From IMG/VR virus record IMGVR_UViG_3300049441_000044, positions 1 to 52,712 of that record: a DNA stretch of 52,712 bases; one strand, written 5' to 3'. Shown piece by piece: positions 1 to 9,250 of the stretch. Below the pieces are notes generated by a model that searched no databases, was not told the origin of the DNA, and was given only the letters and a program-made list of their open reading frames with translations. Position 1 is the stretch's first letter. The number at the start of each line of letters is the position of its first letter. The position numbers were made by a program, and so were the translations under genes. Source of the DNA: a virus (taxonomy: Duplodnaviria; Caudoviricetes).

Positions 1-295
1 CGCTCCGCGTGGGGGAGCTGGTGGCGCTCTCGTGAGCCCTTCGGTTTACGGGGGGTCTCGCCGGTGTCGAGCAGAGTGTTTCAATCCCTCGCAGGGGTGA
101 TGACGTTCCGCGCAGGTCAGAGGACTCGCGGGGTGCTCAGGTGCCCACCGGGGCCGTCCATCTGAATTATCGCACGGCTGGGTTCCGGTGTTACCCACAC
201 CCCGTCCGGGCGGCGTTCGGGACGCTGTGGTGGTGGCAGGAGTCGCCGACGCCCAGTTGGCGGTCCGAGCTTGGTCGAACCTAGAGTCACCCGGC

Positions 296-748
296 ATGGG
301 TCCGTTTGATCTATTGCTGGTGGCTCTCGCGAGCGCCAGGCTGACGAGGCTCACAACGCGCGACACGGTGACCGAGCCGGCCCGCAAGTGGGTCCTTCTC
401 CGGCTGACGTTCACCGCAGCGCAGCGCAGAGCCGTAGCTGAGCACCGTCAGCTGCCGCCACCGCCGCGCCCGAGGATTGCCCGCGCGCGGCTGTGGCTGG
501 TGGAGCTGCTGGGTTGCCCCTGGTGTGTCGGGGTGTGGTGGTGCTTCGCCGTGGCCACCGCGGCCTGGTTCTGGAATGACCACCCCGGGTTCCTGATCCC
601 GGCGATGGCCCTTGGCGCCTCCTACCTGGTCGGGTTCGTGGCCGTGCTGGAACCCAGCCCCGATATCGACGACGCGGACGACGGGGACGGCGAGCCCGTG
701 AGCCGCGACCAGACGGCCCTGGCCGGGCCGCTGCCCAGCTTCCCCTGA
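296..748 (+). CDS. DUF1360-like phage membrane protein
   Basis: RLTRLxxxD and LLGCPWCVGVW motifs with hydrophobic helices. ATG at 296 lies 8 nt after TAGAGT (282-287), a -10-like box. Confidence 0.7.
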   Translation: MGPFDLLLVALASARLTRLTTRDTVTEPARKWVLLRLTFTAAQRRAVAEHRQLPPPPRPRIARARLWLVELLGCPWCVGVWWCFAVATAAWFWNDHPGFLIPAMALGASYLVGFVAVLEPSPDIDDADDGDGEPVSRDQTALAGPLPSFP

Positions 749-753
749 CGGCT

Positions 754-1167
754 GTGACGACCGACGTCGCCACCACGGCGCAGCAGACCTGGCTGAGCTA
801 CGCCGAGCTCGCCGCGATTGGCGCCCTGATCACCGCTAACCGGCGGCTGCTCCGCAAACACTCGCGGGCGTTGCGCAACCGGGCGAACCGGCTGCGGCAG
901 GTGGACCCGCTGCACTGGCACACGATCCTGCCGGTGGTCGATATCGACGTTGACGAGCTGCTGCGCGGGGCGTTGGCCCTGTTCCACCGCACCGCCCCCA
1001 CCACCGGGGAGATCGCGAAGTGCGTGGGCGAGGCCATCGTCCTGTACCTTCAGACGATCATCGTGGCGCGGATCGCGCACGACCGTCAGGCCCTGGCCGG
1101 GGTGCTCATCGCGGCGGGGTGCCTGACCGAGTTGACGGATGCGCAGCCGCCCGGCCCGTTACAGTGA
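754..1167 (+). CDS. hypothetical helical protein
   Basis: 137-aa ORF packed between operon genes, with GC-rich third codon positions. Confidence 0.55.
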   Translation: MTTDVATTAQQTWLSYAELAAIGALITANRRLLRKHSRALRNRANRLRQVDPLHWHTILPVVDIDVDELLRGALALFHRTAPTTGEIAKCVGEAIVLYLQTIIVARIAHDRQALAGVLIAAGCLTELTDAQPPGPLQ

Positions 1168-1242
1168 GGCGACCGTGTGATCGTGTCGACTGGCGGCAGT
1201 GGCCGGGCACTGACCCTCGAGCATCGTGAGGGGTGGTGGCCC

Positions 1243-3663
1243 ATGCCCGACGACCAGGACCTCTGGCTGCCCGCCACCGAGCCGGCCCGGTCGGTGCTGG
1301 CGGCGGGCGAGACGCCGATGACGGCCGCCGTGGGCGCGGCGATGACCCGGTACCTCGACGCCGCCAGGGCTGCGGTACTGGCCCACGACACCACCGTCAC
1401 CGACACTCTTGTGGCCGACGCCGACCCTGCGGAGCTGCCCCCGAACTTGGACGCCTGGCCACCGCGGGTGGTGTGGGACGCCGCCACCGACCGGTTCCTG
1501 GCCCCGGTGGTGGCCCAGACTTGGCGGGCGGGCTGGACGGCGAACCTGGGTGCCGAGCAGATCGACGTGGTGTCCGACACCGGCTACCTCGCCGCGCACC
1601 TGGCCGACACCGCGACCCGGCTGACCGGTGCGACCTGGCCCGATGAGCTGTACAACGCGGTGCGGGCGGCGGTCGTGGAGTCGGTCGTGGCTGATGACAC
1701 CCCCGACCAGTTACGGACCAGGATCGCCCAGTTGCTGCATCTGGACACCTGGGCGCCCCGGGTGGCGACGATCGCCCGGACCGAGTTGCACGCCGCGTAC
1801 AGCACCGGCGCCTACCACGCCGGGCTGGCCCGGTCGGAGCAGTTCGGGGAGGAGCTGTCGCGTCAGTGGCTGGCCACCACGGACTCCCGGACCCGGCTGG
1901 CGCATCTGGTCGCGGACGGCATGGTCGCCGGGCCGGGGGAGAGTTTCGACGTGGGCGGTGAGGCGCTGGCCTACCCGCACGACCCGCGCGCCGGGGCAGG
2001 CAACTCGGTCAACTGCCGGTGCGTGCTGCTCTGGCTTGACGCCGCCGAAGCGCGGGCCGCCCGCGCCGCGTACAGCGAGTACCTGATCTCCCTGACGGAC
2101 ACCGAGGAGTTAGCCGTGACCGCTGCCGCCGGCGTCATGCTCGAACCCAGCACGGCCACCGCCACCACCACCGCGGCGGTGCAGGAGGGCGACTCCGGCG
2201 CCGGGGACGGTGAGGAGACCGCGCCGATGCCGACCTGCTGGTCGGGGCCGCTGATGGCGATGGAGTACCGCACCGGCGACAGCGGCATGATCCAGCGGGT
2301 GATCGGGATCCCGGACGACGGCTACCGGGTCACGAACCACCCGTGGCTGTGCTACCAGCGAGAATCCGCCCAAGGCCACGAAGGCAAGATCACCGTGGGG
2401 CGGCCGGAGGTGGTCTGGATCGCCGACGCCGACGTCGACGGGCAGATGGTGCCGCACCTGTGGGGGGCGGGCACGTTCGACCCGGGTGACGACGACGCCA
2501 TGGAAGTGGCCCGCAAGATCGGCGACGGGTACGCGGGCACCGTGTCAGCCGACCTGGACGATGCCCAAGCCGAGCTGCGGTGGCTCGACGCCGACGGTAA
2601 GCAGGTCGACGAACCCGACGACGACGAGTTCTGGGACTGGCTGGAGGGCAAGGACATCGGGAAAAGCCCCATCGAGTACTACCACTCGTGGCGTTTCGCC
2701 GGCGCGACCCTGGCCCAGGACCCGGCGTTCCACACCGGGTGGGTGCAGATCACCGACACCCCGCCGGGCGAGCTGGGTGGGGCCGACGCGGTGTGGCGGC
2801 TGGACACCGAGGCGCTGGTCGCGTCGGCGGCGCCCCCGACGGTGGCGGCGGTGACCGCCGCGACCCCGGGATCGGCGCAGTGGTGCGAGCTGGTCGCGGC
2901 CCGCTCCTGGGAAACCCCGGACCCGAGGTGTTTCCGCAACCCGAACCTGACCGGCATCACGAAGGTGACCGTCAGCGATGACGGGCGGTGGGTGTTCGGG
3001 CACGTCGCGGACTGGGACACCGTGCACGCGGTGTTCGGCTGCCCCCCGCCACGGTGCCCGCACGGCGGCAGCTACCCGCGTTTCCACCGCCACCCGGTGG
3101 TCACCACCGACGGGTCGGTGGTGCTGACCGGGCCGCTGACCGCTGACGGTCACGCCGGCACCGACGAGGGCGTCACCCTGGCCGCCGCCCAGATGTACTA
3201 CGACAACCCGCTGTTTGTGCTGGCCGACGTGGTCGCCGGGCAGGACGAGTTCGGCATCTGGGTGTCGGGGGTCCCCCGGCCGGGGGTATCGGCGGCGGGG
3301 GTGCTGTTCCTGCACCGCTACTCGTTCAGCGGGGACTGGCGGGACAACATGATGATCGCGGCGTGCGCGTGCAGCACCCCGGCGTTCCACGTCGCGCACG
3401 ACCCGGCGGTGGTGGCGCTGGTCGCCGCCGCCGGCGGGTCACGGCCGAGGTTGGCGCCGGCCCGGATCCGGTTGCGCCGCTACCCCGACGGGTCCCTCGC
3501 GGCGCTGGTGGCCTGCGGGGTCGTCGGGACCGGCGCGAAACACCGCAGCACCACCCGACGCCCGGGCGCGCCGGACGGGTGGCGGCTGTACCGGGACTTC
3601 CAGGCCGCCGCCACGGTCGACCGACGGGTCGCCGCCGCGGCGGCGCGGGTGCGGGGGAACTGA
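1243..3663 (+). CDS. MuF-like head morphogenesis domain fused to capsid maturation protease/scaffold
   Basis: MuF motifs IARTE, WLATTDSRTR..H, YPHDP and NCRC. The downstream region (GHEG..VGR, WGAGTFD, VSADLDD, FGHVA.W, GIWVSG, SGDWR) resembles cluster B-type actinophage MuF-protease fusions. Start uncertain (1177 or 1243). Confidence 0.8.
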   Translation: MPDDQDLWLPATEPARSVLAAGETPMTAAVGAAMTRYLDAARAAVLAHDTTVTDTLVADADPAELPPNLDAWPPRVVWDAATDRFLAPVVAQTWRAGWTANLGAEQIDVVSDTGYLAAHLADTATRLTGATWPDELYNAVRAAVVESVVADDTPDQLRTRIAQLLHLDTWAPRVATIARTELHAAYSTGAYHAGLARSEQFGEELSRQWLATTDSRTRLAHLVADGMVAGPGESFDVGGEALAYPHDPRAGAGNSVNCRCVLLWLDAAEARAARAAYSEYLISLTDTEELAVTAAAGVMLEPSTATATTTAAVQEGDSGAGDGEETAPMPTCWSGPLMAMEYRTGDSGMIQRVIGIPDDGYRVTNHPWLCYQRESAQGHEGKITVGRPEVVWIADADVDGQMVPHLWGAGTFDPGDDDAMEVARKIGDGYAGTVSADLDDAQAELRWLDADGKQVDEPDDDEFWDWLEGKDIGKSPIEYYHSWRFAGATLAQDPAFHTGWVQITDTPPGELGGADAVWRLDTEALVASAAPPTVAAVTAATPGSAQWCELVAARSWETPDPRCFRNPNLTGITKVTVSDDGRWVFGHVADWDTVHAVFGCPPPRCPHGGSYPRFHRHPVVTTDGSVVLTGPLTADGHAGTDEGVTLAAAQMYYDNPLFVLADVVAGQDEFGIWVSGVPRPGVSAAGVLFLHRYSFSGDWRDNMMIAACACSTPAFHVAHDPAVVALVAAAGGSRPRLAPARIRLRRYPDGSLAALVACGVVGTGAKHRSTTRRPGAPDGWRLYRDFQAAATVDRRVAAAAARVRGN

Positions 3664-3664
3664 G

Positions 3665-3904
3665 GTGGGATGCAACTGCGCGGGAGGAACAGCCGCCGCT
3701 CTCGTGCGCAGCGCGGTGTCCGGTGCCGTGGCTGCGCCCGGGAGCACCGCACCCCTGTACGAGGTCACCTACCCGAACGCGGTGGTCGTGACGTTTCCCC
3801 AGAAGTGGCAGGCGGCGCAGGCCACCGCCCTGTCCGGGGGCACGATGAAGGTTCTGCAGCCGACTCCAGGGAGTGAAACCGACACGCCCGGCGGGGGTGG
3901 CTGA
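3665..3904 (+). CDS. small MGCNC-type phage head-module protein
   Basis: N-terminal MGCNC motif and position between the protease and capsid genes. Confidence 0.6.
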   Translation: MGCNCAGGTAAALVRSAVSGAVAAPGSTAPLYEVTYPNAVVVTFPQKWQAAQATALSGGTMKVLQPTPGSETDTPGGGG

Positions 3905-4056
3905 GCGCGACGGTTCCCGATCGGGCTAGCATCGGCCAGCGGGTGACCGGCCCGACCTCCTTGGGAGCGTCGGCTGGCACCCCAGCGTCCATCGCATCGT
4001 CTGGAGCCATGTGTCCGGGTGCACCCACATCAGTGGTGTGTACGGAGGCTCCCCGG

Positions 4057-6288
4057 ATGGACCTTGAAGAGCTCCTCACGTTGGCTCTGGCCGCTGACGG
4101 TCCCGCCGCGGGGCAGGCCCGGATCGCGGCGCTCGCCGCTGCCCTGGCCCAAGCCCCCAGCCCCGACACCGACCTGGCCGCCCTGGAAGCGGGCGCGGTA
4201 GCCCAGTTCGAGGAGCTCTACGGGGACGGGCAGGGATACAACCCGGCCGACGCCCCCACCCTGGAGGCGTTGGCCGACGTGGCCGACGCCGTCCGCCTGG
4301 TCCGCGCTGACCGAGCCGCCCTCGCCGGGCGGGTCACGGCGATGGCCGACCGGGTGCGCACCGCACCCGTGGTGGTCGAGGCACCGGAACCGGACCTGAC
4401 GGTGGCTGGTGGGGTGGTCGCTGCGACGACTGACCCAGCGGCGACCGCTGGGCCCGGGTCAGCTGCTCCGTCCCCAGCGGAAATCGCCGCCGAGGCGACC
4501 GCCCCCGCCGCCGCGCTGGCGACGACCACCGCGCGGCCCAGCACCGCCGCGGTCGTCGTCGCCGCCGGCGGCGGGGCGGTGCCGGCCGTGTCCCCGGCGG
4601 GGGAGGTGGCGCCGTGGCGGCGTTACGTCATCACCGCGTCAGCGGAGGTCCCAAACATCGCGAGCGGCGCGAACCTGTCGATGACCGAGCTCGCGGCGGC
4701 CGCCGGAGCACGGTACGGCACGTTCCCGTCCGGGCAGCCCACCGGCAGCATGTACAAAGCCAACGTCGGGCTGGTGCACCGCGAGTTCGACCCGGAGCAC
4801 CGCCTCTCCGGTGACTACGGGGACCTCGCGGCGCTGGACCGGGTCGCGGACGAACGTCGCCTCGCCGGCGGTTCCCTGCTCGTGGCTCAGCGGGCGTTGA
4901 CCGCCGCGGCCGCCGCGCCCGGGGTCTACAACGACGTGTGGTGCACACCCAGCCAGACCGACTACACCCTGTGCCCGGCGTTGGCGACAGCGGAAGGCAT
5001 GATCGACCTCCCGACCACCGGGATGCCCAGCCGGGGCGGGATCCGGTACCCGGTGTGGACCCAGTACCCCGAGCAGCAGGTCGACTCGGCCCGCAACGGG
5101 TGGCACGGCACGGTCGTCACCTACCCGGACCCGCCGGCGGACCCGGGTGTCGGGTTGGACAACCCGACCTACTTTCACCGTGACGCTGCCGACGTCCCAC
5201 CCGGGACCGGGTTGGGCAACCTCAAACGCTGCATCAAGGGCCCGTGTGTGGCCTGGCGTGACACACGGGCCTCGGTCGCGTACCTGTGCGTGACGTCGGA
5301 TCTGCTGCGGGACCGGACCTTCCCGGAGGGCCTGGAGCGGTTCCTGTCCGAGGTGCTGGTGCACCACCAGCACTGGCTCAACGAAATGAAGATCGCCTAC
5401 CTGCAGGCGCACGGTGACCCGATCCCGCCGTTCAGCGTGCAGGCCGGGTCGGGGGCGATCGGGTCGACGTCGCTGACCGCCGTGGACCGGTTGTCGCTGC
5501 TGGTGACCTGGATGCGGAACCGGTACAAGATGGCGCTGCGCGCCACCCTGGAGATCATCGCCCCGGAGTGGTTCCGGGAGTACCTCAAACGCGACATCGA
5601 GAAGCGGCAGAGCCGGACCACCGGCGCGGTCTCCGACGGGGAGATCGCGGACCTGTTCGCCGCGTACGCCTCCCGGGTGCAGTGGGTGCGGGACTGGCAG
5701 GAGCTCGGCGACGGCGTCGCGGTCGGCGGCCGGATCATGCCTCCCGGTGGGTGGCCGAGCTCGGTCAACATGATGGCCTACCCGGCCGGGTCCTGGGTGT
5801 ACTCCGAAGGCAACATCCTCACGCTCGGGGTGCAGTACGACCCGTTGCAGCTGGAATCCAACGAGTACTCGGCGATGTTCACCGAGGACTCCTGGATGTT
5901 GCTGAACAGATGCAACCGCACGTTCGTGGTGTCGCTGACCGACTTGTGCGCCAACGGCGCCGTCGGCCCGAACCGGGACTCGTGCCTGATGGTGACGACC
6001 CTGTTGCCGGGCCCGTCGGGTCTGTCGGCGGGGACCCCGACCGCGACGACGGCGCCGCTGGTGTGGACGGCGGTCCCCGGCGCGGTCGGCTACCAGGTGC
6101 AGCGCTCGGTGAACGCGGGCGCCACCTGGACCGACGTCGTCACCGGCAGCGGTGGCACCCCGACGGCGGCGTTCACCACCGTCACCGGCCTGACCACGGC
6201 CACGGCCTACCACTTCCGGGTCATCGCGGTGAACGTCGACGGGGTCCGTGGCGCCCCGTCGGCCGCGATTCCCGTGACGACCACCTAA
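4057..6288 (+). CDS. major capsid protein (cluster B-like) with N-terminal scaffold-like region and C-terminal Fn3-like domain
   Basis: GGAGG RBS before ATG 4057. Ala-rich N-terminus, WCTPSQTDY and RGGIRY motifs. C-terminal W.AVPGA.GY.VQRS...VTGL...TAYHFRVIAVN Fn3 pattern. Confidence 0.8.
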   Translation: MDLEELLTLALAADGPAAGQARIAALAAALAQAPSPDTDLAALEAGAVAQFEELYGDGQGYNPADAPTLEALADVADAVRLVRADRAALAGRVTAMADRVRTAPVVVEAPEPDLTVAGGVVAATTDPAATAGPGSAAPSPAEIAAEATAPAAALATTTARPSTAAVVVAAGGGAVPAVSPAGEVAPWRRYVITASAEVPNIASGANLSMTELAAAAGARYGTFPSGQPTGSMYKANVGLVHREFDPEHRLSGDYGDLAALDRVADERRLAGGSLLVAQRALTAAAAAPGVYNDVWCTPSQTDYTLCPALATAEGMIDLPTTGMPSRGGIRYPVWTQYPEQQVDSARNGWHGTVVTYPDPPADPGVGLDNPTYFHRDAADVPPGTGLGNLKRCIKGPCVAWRDTRASVAYLCVTSDLLRDRTFPEGLERFLSEVLVHHQHWLNEMKIAYLQAHGDPIPPFSVQAGSGAIGSTSLTAVDRLSLLVTWMRNRYKMALRATLEIIAPEWFREYLKRDIEKRQSRTTGAVSDGEIADLFAAYASRVQWVRDWQELGDGVAVGGRIMPPGGWPSSVNMMAYPAGSWVYSEGNILTLGVQYDPLQLESNEYSAMFTEDSWMLLNRCNRTFVVSLTDLCANGAVGPNRDSCLMVTTLLPGPSGLSAGTPTATTAPLVWTAVPGAVGYQVQRSVNAGATWTDVVTGSGGTPTAAFTTVTGLTTATAYHFRVIAVNVDGVRGAPSAAIPVTTT

Positions 6289-6336
6289 ACCCGGGGGGCC
6301 AGGGGACAACCTGATGACGGCGATGGGTGTGAGCCG

Positions 6337-7191
6337 ATGAGCGCTCCGGTGGCGGCGCCTCGGATGCCCGTGCGGGCACCGGTCGCGTCGCCGCCGCACA
6401 AGTTCGGGTTGTTCTCCGTCGCGCTGATCCAGGAGGACGCCGACGCGCACACCCTCGGCGGTGTCGAGTACCAGGCGGTGTGCAGCACCCGCGTCGACCC
6501 GTACCCGGTGGCGTGCGAGACGACGGTGCCCCCGGAGCTGCTGGGCCAGCCGAAGGAAACCGACACCACCACCGGGATCACGGTCGGCACCCCGTTCGGG
6601 CTCTACGCCGGGGACTCGTGCGTGCTGGGCCGCACCCAACCCGAGGCCCGCAGCCAACTCCGGGCCCGGTTCCTGGCCGGGGAACAGGCCACCGTCGAGC
6701 GGGTGGTGTTCAGCGGGGAGCTGGGCAACGTCCCCAACCTGATCGAGGCCACCGTGCTGGCCTCACCGGCGGCACCGGATCTGCCCGACGCGGTCGGGTT
6801 GCTGGAGCAGTGGCTGGCGACGACGACCGGCGGGGTCGGGATCATCCACGCCCCCCGGTGGCTCGCGCCCCGGGCGTTCCTCCAGGTCCTGGCCCTGACC
6901 GCCGGCCCCCGGGCGATGACGGTGCTGGGGTCGTCGTGGGCGTTCGGCACGGGCTACCCGGGCAGCGCGCCGGCCGGGCAGTCCGCGGACACCGCGTTGT
7001 GGCTCTACGCCACCCCCCCGGTCACGGTCCGCCGCTCCGGGTTGATCGAACCAGCCGACTGGGCCTCCGGGGGGTTCGACCGGGAGCAGAACCTCGGGTT
7101 GCTGCTGGAGGAACGGCTCTACGTCGTGGACTGGCCGTGCATGTCGGTGGCGGCGATCAAAACCAGCCTGACCAGGCCAGGGCCGCCGTGA
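6337..7191 (+). CDS. second capsid-like protein (capsid pentamer-like)
   Basis: Follows the capsid gene. GLFSVA, PFGLYAGDSC, GEQ..VE and LLEQWLA...GIIH pattern recalled from cluster B-type phages. Confidence 0.6.
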   Translation: MSAPVAAPRMPVRAPVASPPHKFGLFSVALIQEDADAHTLGGVEYQAVCSTRVDPYPVACETTVPPELLGQPKETDTTTGITVGTPFGLYAGDSCVLGRTQPEARSQLRARFLAGEQATVERVVFSGELGNVPNLIEATVLASPAAPDLPDAVGLLEQWLATTTGGVGIIHAPRWLAPRAFLQVLALTAGPRAMTVLGSSWAFGTGYPGSAPAGQSADTALWLYATPPVTVRRSGLIEPADWASGGFDREQNLGLLLEERLYVVDWPCMSVAAIKTSLTRPGPP

Positions 7192-7328
7192 CGGGCCCAC
7201 CCGTGTTGTCCATCGGTTCCCCCGCCGGTGGATTCCGCCCCCTCTCGCGGGGTGGACCCGCCCTCGCCGGTTCTGCCCCACAGGCCGGCGGGGGCGCACC
7301 CTCTACCAGCACAGTGCAGGAGTGAGCC

Positions 7329-8363
7329 GTGACTGCTCCCGTGATCGCACCACCGTCGCTGTGCGCCTCGTTCATCGGCGCCCGACTCCTGCGGGTGACC
7401 CTCGTCGACGCCTGCGGGCGCCCCGTCTGGGGGCCGCTGAGCCAGGTCGTCAGCAAGGGTTTCGTGTCCGTGGAGATCGCCCCCGAAGTGGAGTCCGGCG
7501 AGTCGTTCAAAGTCAAGAACGCGGCCGGTGAGCTCTGCGTCAACGACCGGGGCCAGGACTCCGTGTCCTGGTACACGCTGACGATCGAGTTCTGCGCGGT
7601 TGACCCGGACCTGTTCCTGATGATGAACCGCACCTGGAAGCGGGTCACCGACGCGTCCCGGGTGACGACCACCGGGTGGCGCCAAGGCGAGCGGTTCTCC
7701 GACACCCTCGGGTACTCGCTGGAGCTGTGGCCGAAGGTGACCGGCGCCGGGGCGGGGCAGGCGTGCCTGCTCGACGCCGGGGTGGTCGTCGACCCGACCC
7801 TGGAACCCGGCGGGTACCTGCTGATGCCGTGGGTGGTGGCCCTAGCACCGGAAAGCGTCACGTTCGCGAACGCCGCCGTCAGTTTCAAGCAGAAGGGCCG
7901 CACCCGGCCGGGCAGCCTGTGGGGGGTGGGTCCCTACCTGGTGACCCGCGACGTCGACGGGGAACCGTCGCGGCTGCTGGACCCGATCGACCCCGGGTTC
8001 GACGTGCCGGGGCTGGACTTCCTCACCACCGGGGATCCCGACCACCTGCACACAGAGATCATCACCCTGGCCCCGCCGGTGGCGGTGTGCGGCGCGCAGC
8101 CGCTGTGGAACCCCGACGCCGTCGCCCCGATCCTCACCGCCACGGCGACGGTCGCGGTGGCCCGGTCGGTGGACCTGACGGTGACTAACTTCGTCCCGAT
8201 CGGGTCCTCCGGCACGGTGCACTGGGGTGACGGCACGTCCGAGGCGTTCACCACCGCCACCGAGTCGCACCTGTACGCGGTGGGGCTGGTCGGCCTGCCG
8301 CAGACCATCACGTTCTACGCCGCGAACGGCGCGGCGCCGGTGACGGCGATGTTCACCCCCTGA
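7329..8363 (+). CDS. major tail protein-like with C-terminal PKD-like module
   Basis: RVT.VDACGRP, GFVSVE, KNAAGELCV and FCAVDP motifs. C-terminal VHWGDG...H.Y. Confidence 0.72.
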   Translation: MTAPVIAPPSLCASFIGARLLRVTLVDACGRPVWGPLSQVVSKGFVSVEIAPEVESGESFKVKNAAGELCVNDRGQDSVSWYTLTIEFCAVDPDLFLMMNRTWKRVTDASRVTTTGWRQGERFSDTLGYSLELWPKVTGAGAGQACLLDAGVVVDPTLEPGGYLLMPWVVALAPESVTFANAAVSFKQKGRTRPGSLWGVGPYLVTRDVDGEPSRLLDPIDPGFDVPGLDFLTTGDPDHLHTEIITLAPPVAVCGAQPLWNPDAVAPILTATATVAVARSVDLTVTNFVPIGSSGTVHWGDGTSEAFTTATESHLYAVGLVGLPQTITFYAANGAAPVTAMFTP

Positions 8364-9250
8364 TGAGCTCACCCACCTACCAGGTCCACCCGGCGGCCGC
8401 GTCAGCGGCGGCGGAGCTGGCGGCGGCGGGTGGGGACGGGACCTGGGCGCTGACCGACCCGGACGGGCCGTGCCGCACCTGGCCGTTGGCGCCCGGCTGC
8501 GGGTGCCTGCCCCCGAACCCGGCGGTGTGGACCGAGCTGCACCGGCTCGCGGTGGAAGACGCCACCACCATCCTGTGGTCCCTGACGGCGGGGGTGTTCG
8601 GGCTGTGCCGGGTGACGGTGCGCCCCGGCCGGCACACCCCCTGCGGCGGTGCCGACGTCGGCTGGTGCGGCTGCCCGTACACCCCGGAGATCAAGTTACC
8701 GGGCCCGGTGTTCCGGGACCCGCCGGGTGTGTCGGCACCCAAGTACCCGATCGAGGTGTGGATCGACGGCGCCGCACTGCCAGCCACCGAGTACCGCCTG
8801 GTGGAACCGGACCGGCTGCTGCGGGTCGGGTGCGCCGGGTGGCCCGGCTGCCAGCACCTGGACCGGCCGCTGGAACCCGTCGACGGGCAACCGGACTCGG
8901 CTCTGGGCACCTTCGGGATCCGGTACTGGCGGGGCCGCCCGGTCCCTCCCGGCGGACGGCGGGCGGTGGCGTTGCTGGCCTGCGAGCTGTGGCGGGCCTG
9001 CACCGGGGACGCCGCGTGCCGCATCCCGGCCCGGGTCGAGCTGGTCGAACGGGAAGGCGTCACCTACCGGATCATCGACAAGCAGGAGTTCCTCAGTAAG
9101 GGCCGGATCGGGATCACCGAGATCGACACCTGGCTGGCGTCGGTCAACCCCCGGGCCCGCCGCGGCCCGCCGGCGGTGTTCTCGGTCGACGACCCGCCGC
9201 TGGTGGGCGAACGCACCGCCAGCACCTACCCGGGGGAGCCCGGGACGTGA
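8363..9250 (+). CDS. head-to-tail adaptor-like protein
   Basis: LWSLT...FGLC..TVRP, WP.CQ, LACEL, REGVT and GI.EID.WL..VNP motifs. Translationally coupled to the upstream gene. Confidence 0.68.
   Translation: MSSPTYQVHPAAASAAAELAAAGGDGTWALTDPDGPCRTWPLAPGCGCLPPNPAVWTELHRLAVEDATTILWSLTAGVFGLCRVTVRPGRHTPCGGADVGWCGCPYTPEIKLPGPVFRDPPGVSAPKYPIEVWIDGAALPATEYRLVEPDRLLRVGCAGWPGCQHLDRPLEPVDGQPDSALGTFGIRYWRGRPVPPGGRRAVALLACELWRACTGDAACRIPARVELVEREGVTYRIIDKQEFLSKGRIGITEIDTWLASVNPRARRGPPAVFSVDDPPLVGERTASTYPGEPGT

Noticed and set aside
4639-6657. 672-aa minus-strand ORF
   Set aside because: Antisense shadow of the capsid gene; Arg/Gly/His-rich translation typical of high-GC off-frames.
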